Assembly: GCA_963693365.1 (NCBI GenBank)
Contig: CAVNZM010000016.1
Coordinates: 334,095-398,094 of the forward strand
Direction of reading: 5' to 3'
From: Amoebidium appalachense
Taxonomy: Eukaryota; Protista; Ichthyosporea
Length of the DNA stretch: 64,000 bases
The position numbers and the translations under genes were made by a program. How positions within the stretch are numbered: position 1 is the stretch's first letter; every line of letters starts with the position of its first letter. Below the pieces are notes generated by a model. It saw only the letters and a list, made by a program, of their open reading frames with translations, made no database searches and had not been told where the DNA came from. Shown here in pieces: positions 46,147 through 57,083 of the stretch.

Positions 46147-46950
46147 ACACCCGTATTTGTTCCCAGGAACTGCATACCAGCAGCTGGAATGCGGGAACAC
46201 GGTATCACTGGAGGTGCTGCCCGGATTCCGCTTGAACTTCGAAGGGTGACAGACGAGCATGTGATTGGATGGCAAAGCCAATGAGCGCTTTGATTGGGGG
46301 AAAGGCACCAATCATATTTGTGATTGGCACTCCAATTTGTAGGGTTTCAAATGTAGTCATATGGGGCCATCCGATAGTGCACTTCAGAAAGACGTGAAAA
46401 TAGTTCTGGAGTTTTTGGATTTGGAAGTGACAAGGTTTGATGGTGGCGCTTATAGGTTAGCTTTATGAAAATACAAAGCATTTATTTTTCATTATGTATA
46501 TTTCATTATTGACTTTTTTCTTTTTTGGAATCCAGCAAGCTTGGGGCACCATACGTTTCTATGCACACCCATGGCTCTGACGCAAATCCGTGGGAATCAT
46601 TGAAATGATTCCTAACCCCTTGCTAATGGGTTCTCTTTAGATCACACATTTTTCATTTTACAAGGGGGAGTCGAGAAAATGAGCATTTACATTTGATTGA
46701 TTGATTCCTACATAGCAAAATTTGCTTACCTTGTGATTGTCCCCCTTTTCGAAAGGCCTTCCCTTTTCCTGGGGGGGATGTGCTGTTTATTGCGAACTTC
46801 TTTCGGACTAAGCAACAAACTGAACGTGCAGCCATCACCGTAGTGCGCCCTGGATTCGACCCGTATTTGTTCCCGGGAACTGCATTCCAGCAGCTGGAAT
46901 GCGGGAACACGGTATCACTGAGGTGCTGCCCGGATTCCGCTTGAACTTCG

Positions 46951-47337
46951 ATTGGGATATTCGGGTTGGTTGTAAGGTTTTCGGGTCGGGCCGAAGGCCC
47001 TAACGGGCCGCAGGCCCGCTTATTGGGCCGCTAGGCCCTAGGCCGCTAGGCCGGGGCCCTGGGGACCGGGGGCCTCCCCACCCCCGCGAGCCACCCCGGC
47101 CCGGCCCGGCCCCCCGGGGCCCAGGGGGGGGGGGGTTAGCAGCCGCTGCTAACCCCCCCCCCCCTGGGCCCCGGGGGGCCGGGCCGGGCCGGGGTGGCTC
47201 GCGGGGGTGGGGAGGCCCCCGGTCCCCAGGGCCCCGGCCTAGCGGCCTAGGGCCTAGCGGCCCAATAAGCGGGCCTGCGGCCCGTTAGGGCCTTCGGCCC
47301 GACCCGAAAACCTTACAACCAACCCGAATATCCCAAT
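46951..47337. repeat. Perfect 387-bp GC-rich palindrome
   Basis: 193-bp arms ATTGGGATATTCGGG...CCCGAATATCCCAAT centred on a single C at 47144. Confidence 0.95.
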
Positions 47338-47569
47338 ATTGCTTCATTCTGATTGGTTGTCACACCGCGGGATTTCCCGATTGTTCTTCCAATGACATTT
47401 TCTATCACTATCGACAGTTCTCCAATATTAGAACAGAAAAGGGTTTATACCCAGATGGCCAGATGGCCAGATCAAATTCAGTCTGTGAGCAGGGGGGGGG
47501 GGATCCACCTGAAGTCAAAACAATCTGGCCATCTGGCCATGTGGCCATAGAATAGATTAGCATGTAAGG

Positions 47570-48122
47570 CACTGGCTGCCACCACTGGGGGCCGTGGTTC
47601 CGGCAGCAGGGGGGGCACACGTGCAGGGGAGGCAGGGGGTCGGGGGAGGCACACGTGCACAGGAGGCTGGGGAGAGTGGGGGAACCATGGCACCGCTGGG
47701 GGAATGCCACCACTGGGGGGCCTGGTTCCGGCAGGAGGGGGGGCAGGGGGGCAGGGGGGAGGGGGGAGGCAGAGGAGGCAGAGGAGCAGGCGAGACTGGC
47801 GGGCCACTCACAGCGTGGATGAATAATATGTATGCATATTAAGACACTCACTGCAACCACTGGGGGGCCTGGTTCCGGCAGGAGGGGGGCAGGGGGGGGG
47901 GGGGGGAGGGGGGCAGGGGGGGCACACGTGCAGGGGGGGCTGGGGGGGGGGGGGGGGAACCATGGCACCACTGGGGGCCTGGTTCCGGCAGCAGGGGGGG
48001 CAGGGGGGGGGGGGCACACGAGCAGGGGAGGCTGGGGGGGGGGGGGCGTGAGCAGGGGGGCTGGGGGGCACACGTGCAGGGGGCTGGGGGGGGGCAGCGC
48101 TGGGGGGCTGGGGGGGGGCAGC
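47570..48122. repeat. G-rich degenerate subterminal repeats
   Basis: CCACTGGGGG..TGGTTCCGGCAG recurs four times, with GCACACGTGCAG motifs. Confidence 0.75.
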
Positions 48123-48541
48123 GCCCTACACGTGTGGTGTCTAAACAGCCTATAGGCATGCTCCGTGTGCAGGCACCAATTTCTACCCTCTTCTGGTTGG
48201 TGCCAAGAGGCAGTGCCCTACACGTGTGGTGTCTAAACAGCCTATAGGCATGCTCCGTGTGCAGGCACCAATTTCTACCCTCTTCTGGTTGGTGCCAAGA
48301 GGCAGTGCCCTACACGTGTGGTGTCTAAACAGCCTATAGGCATGCTCCGTGTGCAGGCACCAATTTCTACCCTCTTCTGGTTGGTGCCAAGAGGCAGTGC
48401 CCTACACGTGTGGTGTCTAAACAGCCTATAGGCATGCTCCGTGTGCAGGCACCAATTTCTACCCTCTTCTGGTTGGTGCCAAGAGGCAGTGCCCTACACG
48501 TGTGGTGTCTAAACAGCCTATAGGCATGCTCCGTGTGCAGG
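48123..48541. repeat. 92-bp tandem repeat, ~4.5 identical copies
   Basis: GCCCTACACGTGTGG starts at 48123, 48215, 48307, 48399 and 48491. Confidence 0.95.
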
Positions 48542-48844
48542 GCACTGATTTGTTGTGCCTTCCTTTTTTGGTTAGATCTATACCCGGCCAATGGTTAGCA
48601 GCCACGGGTTTGTTTTCATCAAGCTTAGACGTGATACTTTGCCAATCATCAAAGCCGTTTGAGTGACAATGACCGTTGATTGGTCAGATCTATCCCATTG
48701 AGCCTTGGCACCATTGCTGTAAGCTGCTTTGTACCGTGGCATATAAAAGCAGCACACACGGTCACATTCACTCATTTCAACACTGACACTCAATAGTAAA
48801 AGGCGACACACAACAAACTTGTTTTTCAAACACTCACACGAAAC

Positions 48845-49933
48845 ATGGATTCTTTGAAAGAGGAGCTTCAACAGCTGCAGAAGCGCTTTGATTTTCTGTA
48901 CACGGACCATTCGTCTCGCTTAACGGCCCTGCACACCGACCTCATCAGCCTCCGCAGTCAAGTGACCAATGAGAATGCTGCGCGTACCCCCCGACCCCCC
49001 CAACCCCAGCCCTCTGATGTAGAGGCACGACTGAGGGCAGCCGAAGAGCAGATCAAGACCCTGCAGGTCGAGCTTGCCAGCCTGCAACGGGCTGCAGCAC
49101 CCCACCGGGATGGCCAGGTGGCCTATGAAAACTACATTTTCAGTGGCCCTCGCAAGACTACCCCTGTCGCCAAGACCACCACTCTGACTGCCCCCACCCC
49201 TGCCGCCAAGACCACCACTGTGACTGCCCCCACCCCTGCCGCCAAGACCACCACTGTGACTGCCCCCACCCCTGCCGCCAAGACCACCACTGTGACTGCC
49301 CCCACCCCTGCCGCCAAGACCACCACTGTGACTGCCCCCACCCCTGCCGCAAAGACTGCCCCTGCCAAGGCCACCCCTACCACCAAGACCACTCCTGCCA
49401 AGACCACCCCTGCCACTAAGCCCAGGCCCAAGCACTCCAAGACACCTGAGACTTCGTTGCATGACCATACGATGGACCTCGATGCACAGCTAACTAGTGT
49501 GAGGGGGGAGCTCCAGAATGCTCGAGAGCGTGTCAAAGAGGCAAAGGCGGCTGAAGATGAAATGGCGGAGGCCTTGGCCCTTGCTGCTGTGGGTGTAGCC
49601 CAAAACACCATAAAAAGCATCCGAAGGAAGATTCTGCGACGGGAGAAGAACTTGAAGGCATACACAGGTGGTAATGAGTCTGTCTCCTCACCTGCCTCAC
49701 CCGCCAAACGCGTCCATGATCAATGTGATTGGGACTCAGATGAAGCGTTCAACCCCAGGCGGCTCAAACGACGGGCAAATCAGGTACTCGATGATATGAC
49801 AGATGACGAATCTGCGTCTGATCGTGAGTCGGTCATGTATGACCGCAAGCCTGAACCCAAACATAAACAAACTGAAGAAATTCCCATCATTGATCTTGAC
49901 CAGGAATATTTTGACCAGGATGAGATGGACTGA
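48845..49933 (+). CDS. Coiled-coil protein with 12-aa PAAKTTTVTAPT repeats and an acidic SIM-like tail
   Basis: 362-aa ORF; ATATAAAA at 48741 and ATTGG at ~48679 upstream; IPIIDLDQE near the C-terminus. Confidence 0.85.
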   Translation: MDSLKEELQQLQKRFDFLYTDHSSRLTALHTDLISLRSQVTNENAARTPRPPQPQPSDVEARLRAAEEQIKTLQVELASLQRAAAPHRDGQVAYENYIFSGPRKTTPVAKTTTLTAPTPAAKTTTVTAPTPAAKTTTVTAPTPAAKTTTVTAPTPAAKTTTVTAPTPAAKTAPAKATPTTKTTPAKTTPATKPRPKHSKTPETSLHDHTMDLDAQLTSVRGELQNARERVKEAKAAEDEMAEALALAAVGVAQNTIKSIRRKILRREKNLKAYTGGNESVSSPASPAKRVHDQCDWDSDEAFNPRRLKRRANQVLDDMTDDESASDRESVMYDRKPEPKHKQTEEIPIIDLDQEYFDQDEMD

Positions 49934-50337
49934 TTTGATTGGTCGACTAAGTGGCATTCTCTTTTGATTTGTATTTGAATTGATCGGTCTTGTTTTAATT
50001 TGTTTCTTTTCTCTTTTAGTTTGTATTTTAATATACTAGGTCCAAGTTGATTTGTTCTTTGTAATCTGACTAGACTATCATGTACGTACTTAGTCTTTTT
50101 CTATACAATCACTTGTGTTCATATTAAAGGATTCTGTGTACGTGGACCACGGAAACATACACCATTTTTTGCAGTGCTTCATGCTATAAAATAACCATGA
50201 GAGACACAAACAAATACACCAAGTGTGTACACGTCTACCCATAGGCCCAAGTGTTGACATGTCTGCCCACAGTTCCCTAAGGCTTAAAGCACACATCTGC
50301 CTGTATGCCATAAACTTTACTTTCACCACAAGACACC

Positions 50338-51155
50338 CACCTAAGTACACTCTGCACACCCTAAGTACACTGTGGTGCACAGCCCCACCCTAAGTACACT
50401 CTGCACCACCTAAGTACACGTCTGCACCACCTAAGTACACGTCTGCACCACCTAAGTACACTCTGCACACCCTAAGTACATGTCTGCACCACCCTAAGTA
50501 CATGTCTGCACCACCCTAAGTATATGTCTGCACCACCCTAAGTACACTCTGCACCACCCTAAGTACATGTCTGCACCACCCTAAGTATATGTCTGCACCA
50601 CCTAAGTACACGTCTGCACCACCCTAAGTACATGTCTGCACCACCCTAAGTACATGTCTGCACCACCCTAAGTATATGTCTGCACCACCCTAAGTATATG
50701 TCTGCACCACCCTAAGTACACTCTGCACCACCCTAAGTACATGTCTGCACCACCCCAAGTATATGTCTGCACCACCTAAGTACACGTCTGCACCACCCTA
50801 AGTACATGTCTGCACCACCCTAAGTATATGTCTGCACCACCCTAAGTATATGTCTGCACCACCCTAAGTACATGTCTGCACCACCCTAAGTATATGTCTG
50901 CACCACCCTAAGTATATGTCTGCACCACCCTAAGTACACTCTGCACCACCCTAAGTACATGTCTGCACCACCCTAAGTACACTCTGCACACCCTAAGTAC
51001 ATGTCTGCACCACCCTAAGTACATGTCTGCACCACCCTAAGTATATGTCTGCACCACCCTAAGTATATGTCTGCACCACCTAAGTACACGTCTGCACCAC
51101 CCTAAGTACATGTCTGCACCACCTAAGTACACGTCTGCACCACCCTAAGTACACT
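50338..51155. repeat. ~22-bp minisatellite (CCTAAGTACATGTCTGCACCAC), about 35-38 copies
   Basis: Directly visible; lies between two convergent ORFs. Confidence 0.95.
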
Positions 51156-51206
51156 CAATGTTAAGTACATCTGCACACAAGCACTAGAATAGCCTGAGGC
51201 TACTCT

Positions 51207-51752
51207 CTAATAGCGGCCCCTTTTTTCACCGTGTCGAGGCCTGTTGGTATCTCCGTCTGAAGACTCGGAAGACGAGTACTCCTCATGTTCTGACTGCTGT
51301 CCCCGTGTCAAGGTCTTGAACCAAGCTAACGAGGCCCGAGACAGACCAGGCACTGGAGGAGTGTACTCCTCCTCCGACCCAGAGCTTCTGACTTCCTCTC
51401 GTGTCCTCTTCTGCTGTCTTCGTGGTTTCTCCCGTGTCTTGGACCCCTGTGTGATGTGCAAACGTGAGCGCTGCAGGGGCTGGGGGGCCAAGTCCACGGG
51501 ATAGGAGCTGCCATGCTCGCCAGCACGAAGTGCAGGTGCCGCTGCCAGGACAGGGGGTGCCACGGTTGCCGCTGGGGGTGCCACGGTTGCCGCTGTAGTG
51601 GTGCGCGAAGCGCGGGTGTGCCTAGCAAGGGCGCGCGCGAAACGGGCCTGGGTGTCCCGCAGGGCCTTTGCATCCTCCTCCAAAGTCTTGAGTCTTGTCT
51701 CTATTTTTTCAGCGCGCCTTTCTAGATCTTTGATATCCTCTTTAGAACTCAT
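51207..51752 (-). CDS. Coiled-coil protein with basic/acidic tail
   Basis: ATG at 51752 (MSSKEDIKDLERR); TATA-like and CCAAT motifs at 51840-51950 on the minus strand. Confidence 0.75.
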   Translation of the reverse strand: MSSKEDIKDLERRAEKIETRLKTLEEDAKALRDTQARFARALARHTRASRTTTAATVAPPAATVAPPVLAAAPALRAGEHGSSYPVDLAPQPLQRSRLHITQGSKTREKPRRQQKRTREEVRSSGSEEEYTPPVPGLSRASLAWFKTLTRGQQSEHEEYSSSESSDGDTNRPRHGEKRGRY

Positions 51753-52659
51753 TTTCGTGACAGTTGGATGTACGTTGTGTGCCAAGGGAGAAGCTAGCTA
51801 GCATGGAAAAGGTGTGTGGATTGAAGAGAGTAGGGGCTTTTATATGACGTACCCGGCTTTGGCATCACACGCGTTATTGCATTAGATTGGTTGGATATAC
51901 CCCAGCCGCAACGCTTGATTGGATCTAGAGATCGCGTGAACATCTGATTGGTTAATTGTCATTTTGGCATCTTGGTGTATCTGATAAGTTGAGGCTCAAC
52001 CAAATCTGCTGACTGATTGATGAATTCTGATTGGATCTTAAACAAGAGCATGTTTTGACTTGAGAATTGTCATTTTGACAGATTGGATTGTAATCCGATC
52101 TTTGCAAGGCCGTCAGTGTTTGAACACAATGTATTTTGATGTAGCAACTCCTAAAAAAACACGAATGTGCTTCCCAACAATTACGAGCATTATTCTGTCT
52201 ATCAGGGATACAAAAATTGGTCAGGAAAGGTACGCAATCACATGGTGCTGACAGCTTGAGCACGATGTCAACATGTCACTTTTTGAGCAGCACTTGGGAA
52301 ACTCGCGCTCACGTGGATCCAATAGTTATACACCAATCAGAAGTGTGCGCACAGGGGTTCGCTGGATACAAATGGCTTGGTGTGTGTGTGTGTGTGTTTT
52401 ATTTTGCATTGTGTAAGGGGCGCTTTTTTTTGTTCACACTGCTTTACTTCGTGTAAATAATCAGTGGCGAGTTTTTTTAGTTCACGGTGTGTTTGCGCAT
52501 CATAGGATTTTGCTTTATTTTGCACTGTGTAAGAGGGACGTTTTTTTGGGTCACACTTTTGCTTCGTAAAAATAAGAGGGGCGTTTTTTTGGTCACACTG
52601 CTTTCCTTCGTGGATAGAAAAACTAAACACCTCCTGCCCAACCGGCTGCAAACGACACG

Positions 52660-53058
52660 ATGGATGAAACAGATACACAGCGCCAAGATGCACACACCGA
52701 GCAGCTGCAAGAGACCAACAAGATGCTGAAGGAGGCCAACGAGGGGCTGCACGGGCTGATCCAGCAGCTGAGGGAGTTGAACAACGACATGGACAAGGAC
52801 AACGACGCGCTGCGCACAATGAACAAGAACCAGCGGGAGGTGATCAAGGGCCTGCAAGAGGAGCGCAACAAGGTGTGCGAAGAGAACAAGAAACTACGAG
52901 ACGATATCGAGAAGCACCAGGGGGTGGTCACGAATTTGGTGGTGGAGAACCAAGAGCTGCAGCTGGAAAACGACAAGCTGAAGAAGCAAAAGGACTTTCT
53001 ACGGGCCTGTCTCATACGGCTGGGCCAGTCCGCTAAGACTCCGGATGAAACGGATTGA
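52660..53058 (+). CDS. Small coiled-coil protein
   Basis: 132 aa with continuous heptads and GC-rich third codon positions. Confidence 0.75.
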   Translation: MDETDTQRQDAHTEQLQETNKMLKEANEGLHGLIQQLRELNNDMDKDNDALRTMNKNQREVIKGLQEERNKVCEENKKLRDDIEKHQGVVTNLVVENQELQLENDKLKKQKDFLRACLIRLGQSAKTPDETD

Positions 53059-53564
53059 TACAATCATGAGGGATAACACGTGCGAGTGATTTCATTCTGT
53101 TACTTAGTATGTATCTACAGGTTGTATGCACACGGTAGTTCGGAAATGGGTTGGAAATTCTTGTCATATTTAGTCGAGTAACATCTAGTGTGGGACACTT
53201 GTCTGTATTACTCAGAATCAGTACCTTGAGTAAGATAAATATTACTCAGTGCAACAAGTTTCAGGTGACGTGTATCTGCTTATACTTATATATATATATC
53301 CTGAGTGTAGGGCTGGCTCCCTAATGGACACTCCAAACCCACATATTTGTAACAATATTATCGACCATAATCCCAACGCACACCAGACATGTGCTCCGAT
53401 GACTCCCTGGCTGTGGGCCTCCTTATATTCACATGCTGCGCCATCCAGGGCACAGTCGCACCTTCACCGGCAGTCGCACACACACACGCACTGCGTGATA
53501 CCTGCATTATTCTCTACGCCGCTGCCTATTTTTCTTTACTGATTCATATAGCTTCAGCGACAGG

Positions 53565-54401
53565 ATGTCGCAGCCCGTGTCGTACCACAGAAGATCCTTC
53601 AGAAGGTCAATTCGCACAAGGGTAGTTCGCTGGCTCAAAGCCTTCAAGGGGACAGCTCGTCCCTCGCCCATGCCCTCCTCCTCCGTCGGATCTCTCGGTG
53701 GCAGCAGCGATAGCGTGGTGTCCCAGCGCTCCCAGGTCAGCCGAAACGACTTGCCCCAATCCAGGTCGATGGTCACCGCATCCCCGGCCCCCTCCAGTGG
53801 ACACGTCGAAAACACCAGGTGGTTGAGTCCAGTCCTGTTCGACGCTTCTACAGACTGCAGCGGCAGCATCGTGTCCGACAGCATCGTGTCGCCCTTCCCG
53901 AGTCGTGCGTGGAGCTGCAGCGGCCCGCTCGCAACGTGCCCGGCGCCGTTCGAGTCGAATGTCATGCTCGAGACAAACAGAGAGAGGCGGCTGACGAATA
54001 GCTTCAGGTCCTGCTCAAAAGCCATGGTCGGTTCTGGTGCAGATGCAGACTGGCAGCTCCCCGTGTCAGACACACGCTTTTATACCCTCCAGAGTCCCCG
54101 CCTGCGTCGTCGAACGCTCGTTCGCAAGGTGTCGGTGCTCGAGGCGCTGCACGACCATGAGTGCACTCTTGCGTGTCTGGGCGTGTGCGTGCGCGGCCCG
54201 GACTCGGGTTGCGAGGTGCTCAGCGTGCGCTGTTGTACGTCTCCTTGGACCGCAGGGGTCCGCCCGGGAGACCTGATCGTGGTCTGTGACATCAAGCCTG
54301 TCGGCCCCGGTTGGCGGAAGATGTATCTCGAGCTCGAGGAGGGTGCGTGGACCAGCAACCTGTGCGCGGCTGGGTGCAAGAGGAGGAAGTGGTTTCACTA
54401 G
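53565..54401 (+). CDS. Ser-rich protein with a PDZ-like C-terminal segment
   Basis: LGVCVRG..GCEVLSV..SPWTAGVRPGDLIV resembles a PDZ core. Confidence 0.5.
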   Translation: MSQPVSYHRRSFRRSIRTRVVRWLKAFKGTARPSPMPSSSVGSLGGSSDSVVSQRSQVSRNDLPQSRSMVTASPAPSSGHVENTRWLSPVLFDASTDCSGSIVSDSIVSPFPSRAWSCSGPLATCPAPFESNVMLETNRERRLTNSFRSCSKAMVGSGADADWQLPVSDTRFYTLQSPRLRRRTLVRKVSVLEALHDHECTLACLGVCVRGPDSGCEVLSVRCCTSPWTAGVRPGDLIVVCDIKPVGPGWRKMYLELEEGAWTSNLCAAGCKRRKWFH

Positions 54402-54574
54402 AGAGGTTGTGCAGCCGAGCGCCCACAATTTTTAGGCAAGGGTCATGTCAAAGCAAAGAGGTCGCTCCAAAAAGAGGGGTCACAGACGTGTGAAGTACGT
54501 GTATGCAGACGAGTTCATGCCAAAATACAGGAGACTGGTGCTCCGCCAGAGCGTGCGAGTGAAGCGTAAATGAG

Positions 54575-55864
54575 TTATTGTTTGGTTTCTGCGTCCGTTG
54601 GATTGGTTTTCGCTTTAAACGGAGCCAATAGCCTCTCCATATCTTCCATCGAAACCAGCCTGCTGTACAGCACGCCCAGATCTGTCGTCGCCTCGTGCCA
54701 GTCGTAGAACAGGTACCCCACACGGATACGCCCTTCTTTGAACAGTGCAACCTGGTCCGTGTCTTGCACGTGTCGGATGGCAACTATGAGTGCATCGAGC
54801 CTCTGCTTCATGGCAATTCGCTGTGTTTTGCCGTTGACCTTGAACCCGTGCGGGTTGAACCGAATAAACATTGTCGGCAATTCGTGTACCGAAGCCTGGT
54901 TGAACATCCGCGCAACCTCACACGTGGTGTCATAAGCACGGTGTTGGTCCTCGTCTACCTCTACAACCAGCACAAAAGTCCCAAAGTCGTAGTACAGATC
55001 CGGACGAGTGCGCTCTCCACAATCGTTTGGTACTACTTTGTCGTGGCTGGTGGGGGGGCCTATGAGGCCTGACACATGACGCAAAACCTTGATTTCTGGA
55101 CGCGCCTCGGACCACTTGGCTCTACATGTGGATTGTGGGTCACAAGTGGCGCACAGATTTCCCCTCTTCTTCACATGTGTCAGTGTGCACGCGGCGCAGA
55201 AGTAGCTCAGGTCACATAATCGGCAAAATGTCTTCCGCTTCCCATGGTGGCAGAGCGCTGTGCCTCCACAAAACACACACCGCGCTTTTTGTTTTCCATG
55301 TTTGCAGTACCTTGTGCCCCCACACGACCTACAGTCAAACTTGGTCTTACCATGTTTGCAAATCGCCTTTCCGTTGCATTCTTTACATCGGTCTCTCCGT
55401 TTACGATGTGGGCAGAGCGCTGGCCCTCCACAAAGCCCACAGTAGACTTTACATTTGCCATGTTTACAAAAGCTCCTCCCACCACACCGTCTGCACCTGG
55501 CTTTCGGTTTCCCATGCGGGCACAATCCTGATCCACCGCATGACTGGCAGAAGATTTTGCGTGCTCCATGCGGACACAGCTGCGATCCGCCACACCCCTT
55601 GCACAGAGGCCTATATCGACCGTGCGGGCACATTTGCTTCCCGCCGCAAGGTACGCAGATATATTTGCGCCTGCCGTGGGGGCAAAAGGTTGCCCCGTTG
55701 CATGCTTTACAAAAACTCCTCTTCTTCTCATGTGGACACAGAGCAGATCCTCCACAGGTTTTGCAGTACCCTCTCGGTTTCCCGTGCTCGCATTTTCTGG
55801 TCCTGGTCGGTTTTTCTGGTCGGGGCTGCCTTTCGACCATACTGTCAATGTTAGCAGATGCCAT
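54575..55864 (-). CDS. 11x18-aa CxH..CxxC repeat protein with a C-terminal PD-(D/E)xK-like endonuclease
   Basis: CPHGxxxxxCxxCGG repeats; RPDLYYD..VVEVDEDQH..FIRFNP, a pattern seen in large DNA virus nucleases. Confidence 0.85.
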   Translation of the reverse strand: MASANIDSMVERQPRPEKPTRTRKCEHGKPRGYCKTCGGSALCPHEKKRSFCKACNGATFCPHGRRKYICVPCGGKQMCPHGRYRPLCKGCGGSQLCPHGARKIFCQSCGGSGLCPHGKPKARCRRCGGRSFCKHGKCKVYCGLCGGPALCPHRKRRDRCKECNGKAICKHGKTKFDCRSCGGTRYCKHGKQKARCVFCGGTALCHHGKRKTFCRLCDLSYFCAACTLTHVKKRGNLCATCDPQSTCRAKWSEARPEIKVLRHVSGLIGPPTSHDKVVPNDCGERTRPDLYYDFGTFVLVVEVDEDQHRAYDTTCEVARMFNQASVHELPTMFIRFNPHGFKVNGKTQRIAMKQRLDALIVAIRHVQDTDQVALFKEGRIRVGYLFYDWHEATTDLGVLYSRLVSMEDMERLLAPFKAKTNPTDAETKQ

Positions 55865-56131
55865 TCTCGTTCTTAGTGACAGAAAATATTGAAACCTAGC
55901 AAGGCATTGGTTGGCCGCGATTAGATGCTAAATATATCTGACATCAAAAATCCGATTGGATCTTATGGTTACAACTTTCATTCAATTGGACCATTTTGAT
56001 TTGATCAGATAGAATAATTTATGTCCATCCAATCAAAAAAGGTCACGCAACAGTCTGTCAGGCACAAAAAGTCGCGGCTCAGCCGATGTTCTGCCATTTT
56101 CCACTCTTCCTGTTTTCCGTTTCGGCAGACA

Positions 56132-56536
56132 ATGTCCGACACGTCCCCAAAGGCCAAACCCACCAGTCCACGGCCCCCAGGGTCATTTGCCGCGTGGCCT
56201 CCCGAATGGCAGCAGTACCTGTACGAGGAGGCAAAGCGTGACCTCGACCGTGCGCGCGCCAGCGAGCTGGAGCTGCGGCGCAAGTACAAGGTGCTGCGCA
56301 AGAAGTATCTGCACCTCAAGGCCAGCACGCGTCTGCACACAGGGAGGCTCCTGAAGAACCTCAGCGACGACGAGCCCATATGCATCTCCGATGAGGAGGA
56401 GGAGCCCGCCGTGTGCATCCACGACTCCGACGAGGAGCCCTCCGACGAGAAGCCCCCCAAGAGGAAGCGCGCGCGGTCGCCCGAGGACCCTTCGCCCCCC
56501 ACCGAGAAGCGTAGCCGTGCGGAGCCCGATGAGTAA
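56132..56536 (+). CDS. Small putative nuclear protein: coiled coil, two SIM-like motifs, NLS
   Basis: PICISDEEE, AVCIHDSDEE, PPKRKRAR; several ATTGG boxes at 55900-55990. Confidence 0.75.
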   Translation: MSDTSPKAKPTSPRPPGSFAAWPPEWQQYLYEEAKRDLDRARASELELRRKYKVLRKKYLHLKASTRLHTGRLLKNLSDDEPICISDEEEEPAVCIHDSDEEPSDEKPPKRKRARSPEDPSPPTEKRSRAEPDE

Positions 56537-56634
56537 ATAAGAATTGCCACGTTTGCCCTCTCCCACATTTGAGGTGTGTCGTGGTTCTCGTATGCAGTAA
56601 AGTACAAACAACTTGCACTCTTTCAGAGTTTTCT

Positions 56635-57009
56635 CTATAAGGCATGCCCCACGTTGCCCGCGTTGCTCCAGGGGGTCCCCTCGTTCCACTCATCAAGGTC
56701 CGCACCCACCCCCTCGAACTCCTGGTTGCGGTTGCGCCCGTAGGCTCTGTCAACACCCTCGCGCAGCGGCAGCCCTGCTGCCTCCACCACGTGGCCGACC
56801 TCTTTGAAAAAATAGTCAAGCCAGCGCTCACCCCAATCTTCAAGTGCTGTGCTCAGGTCCTCGGTGGTTGCGCCGCCCGGGGCCATGGTGGTGAACCACC
56901 ATGTTCCTTCCGGATCCTCACCCGAGCACACCCTGTCCATGTACCTCGTCAGTGCGTCCTCCGTCTTGGCGCGCCCTACGTCCCAGCGGTTTTTAGGTTC
57001 CATTAGCAC
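56635..57009 (-). CDS. Hypothetical protein
   Basis: 124-aa ORF with protein-like composition; no recognised motif. Confidence 0.45.
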   Translation of the reverse strand: MLMEPKNRWDVGRAKTEDALTRYMDRVCSGEDPEGTWWFTTMAPGGATTEDLSTALEDWGERWLDYFFKEVGHVVEAAGLPLREGVDRAYGRNRNQEFEGVGADLDEWNEGTPWSNAGNVGHAL

Positions 57010-57083
57010 TGCGATGCATAATCTCTGTGTGTGCTCCCCGAGTTGCTGGGGAGGGGGCGCTCCAAACTATCTCTTCGGAAGGT

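Noticed and set aside
46951-47337. Palindrome as a stand-alone MITE or foldback element
   Set aside because: No TSD, and the interrupted host repeat does not resume on the right. Not fully excluded without a genome search.
47408-48159. Pro-rich ORFs next to the palindrome
   Set aside because: Open in several frames because of G/C repeats; no coding evidence.
50338-51155. CRISPR-like array
   Set aside because: Units abut with no unique spacers and no cas genes are present; it is a minisatellite. The same applies to the 92-bp array.
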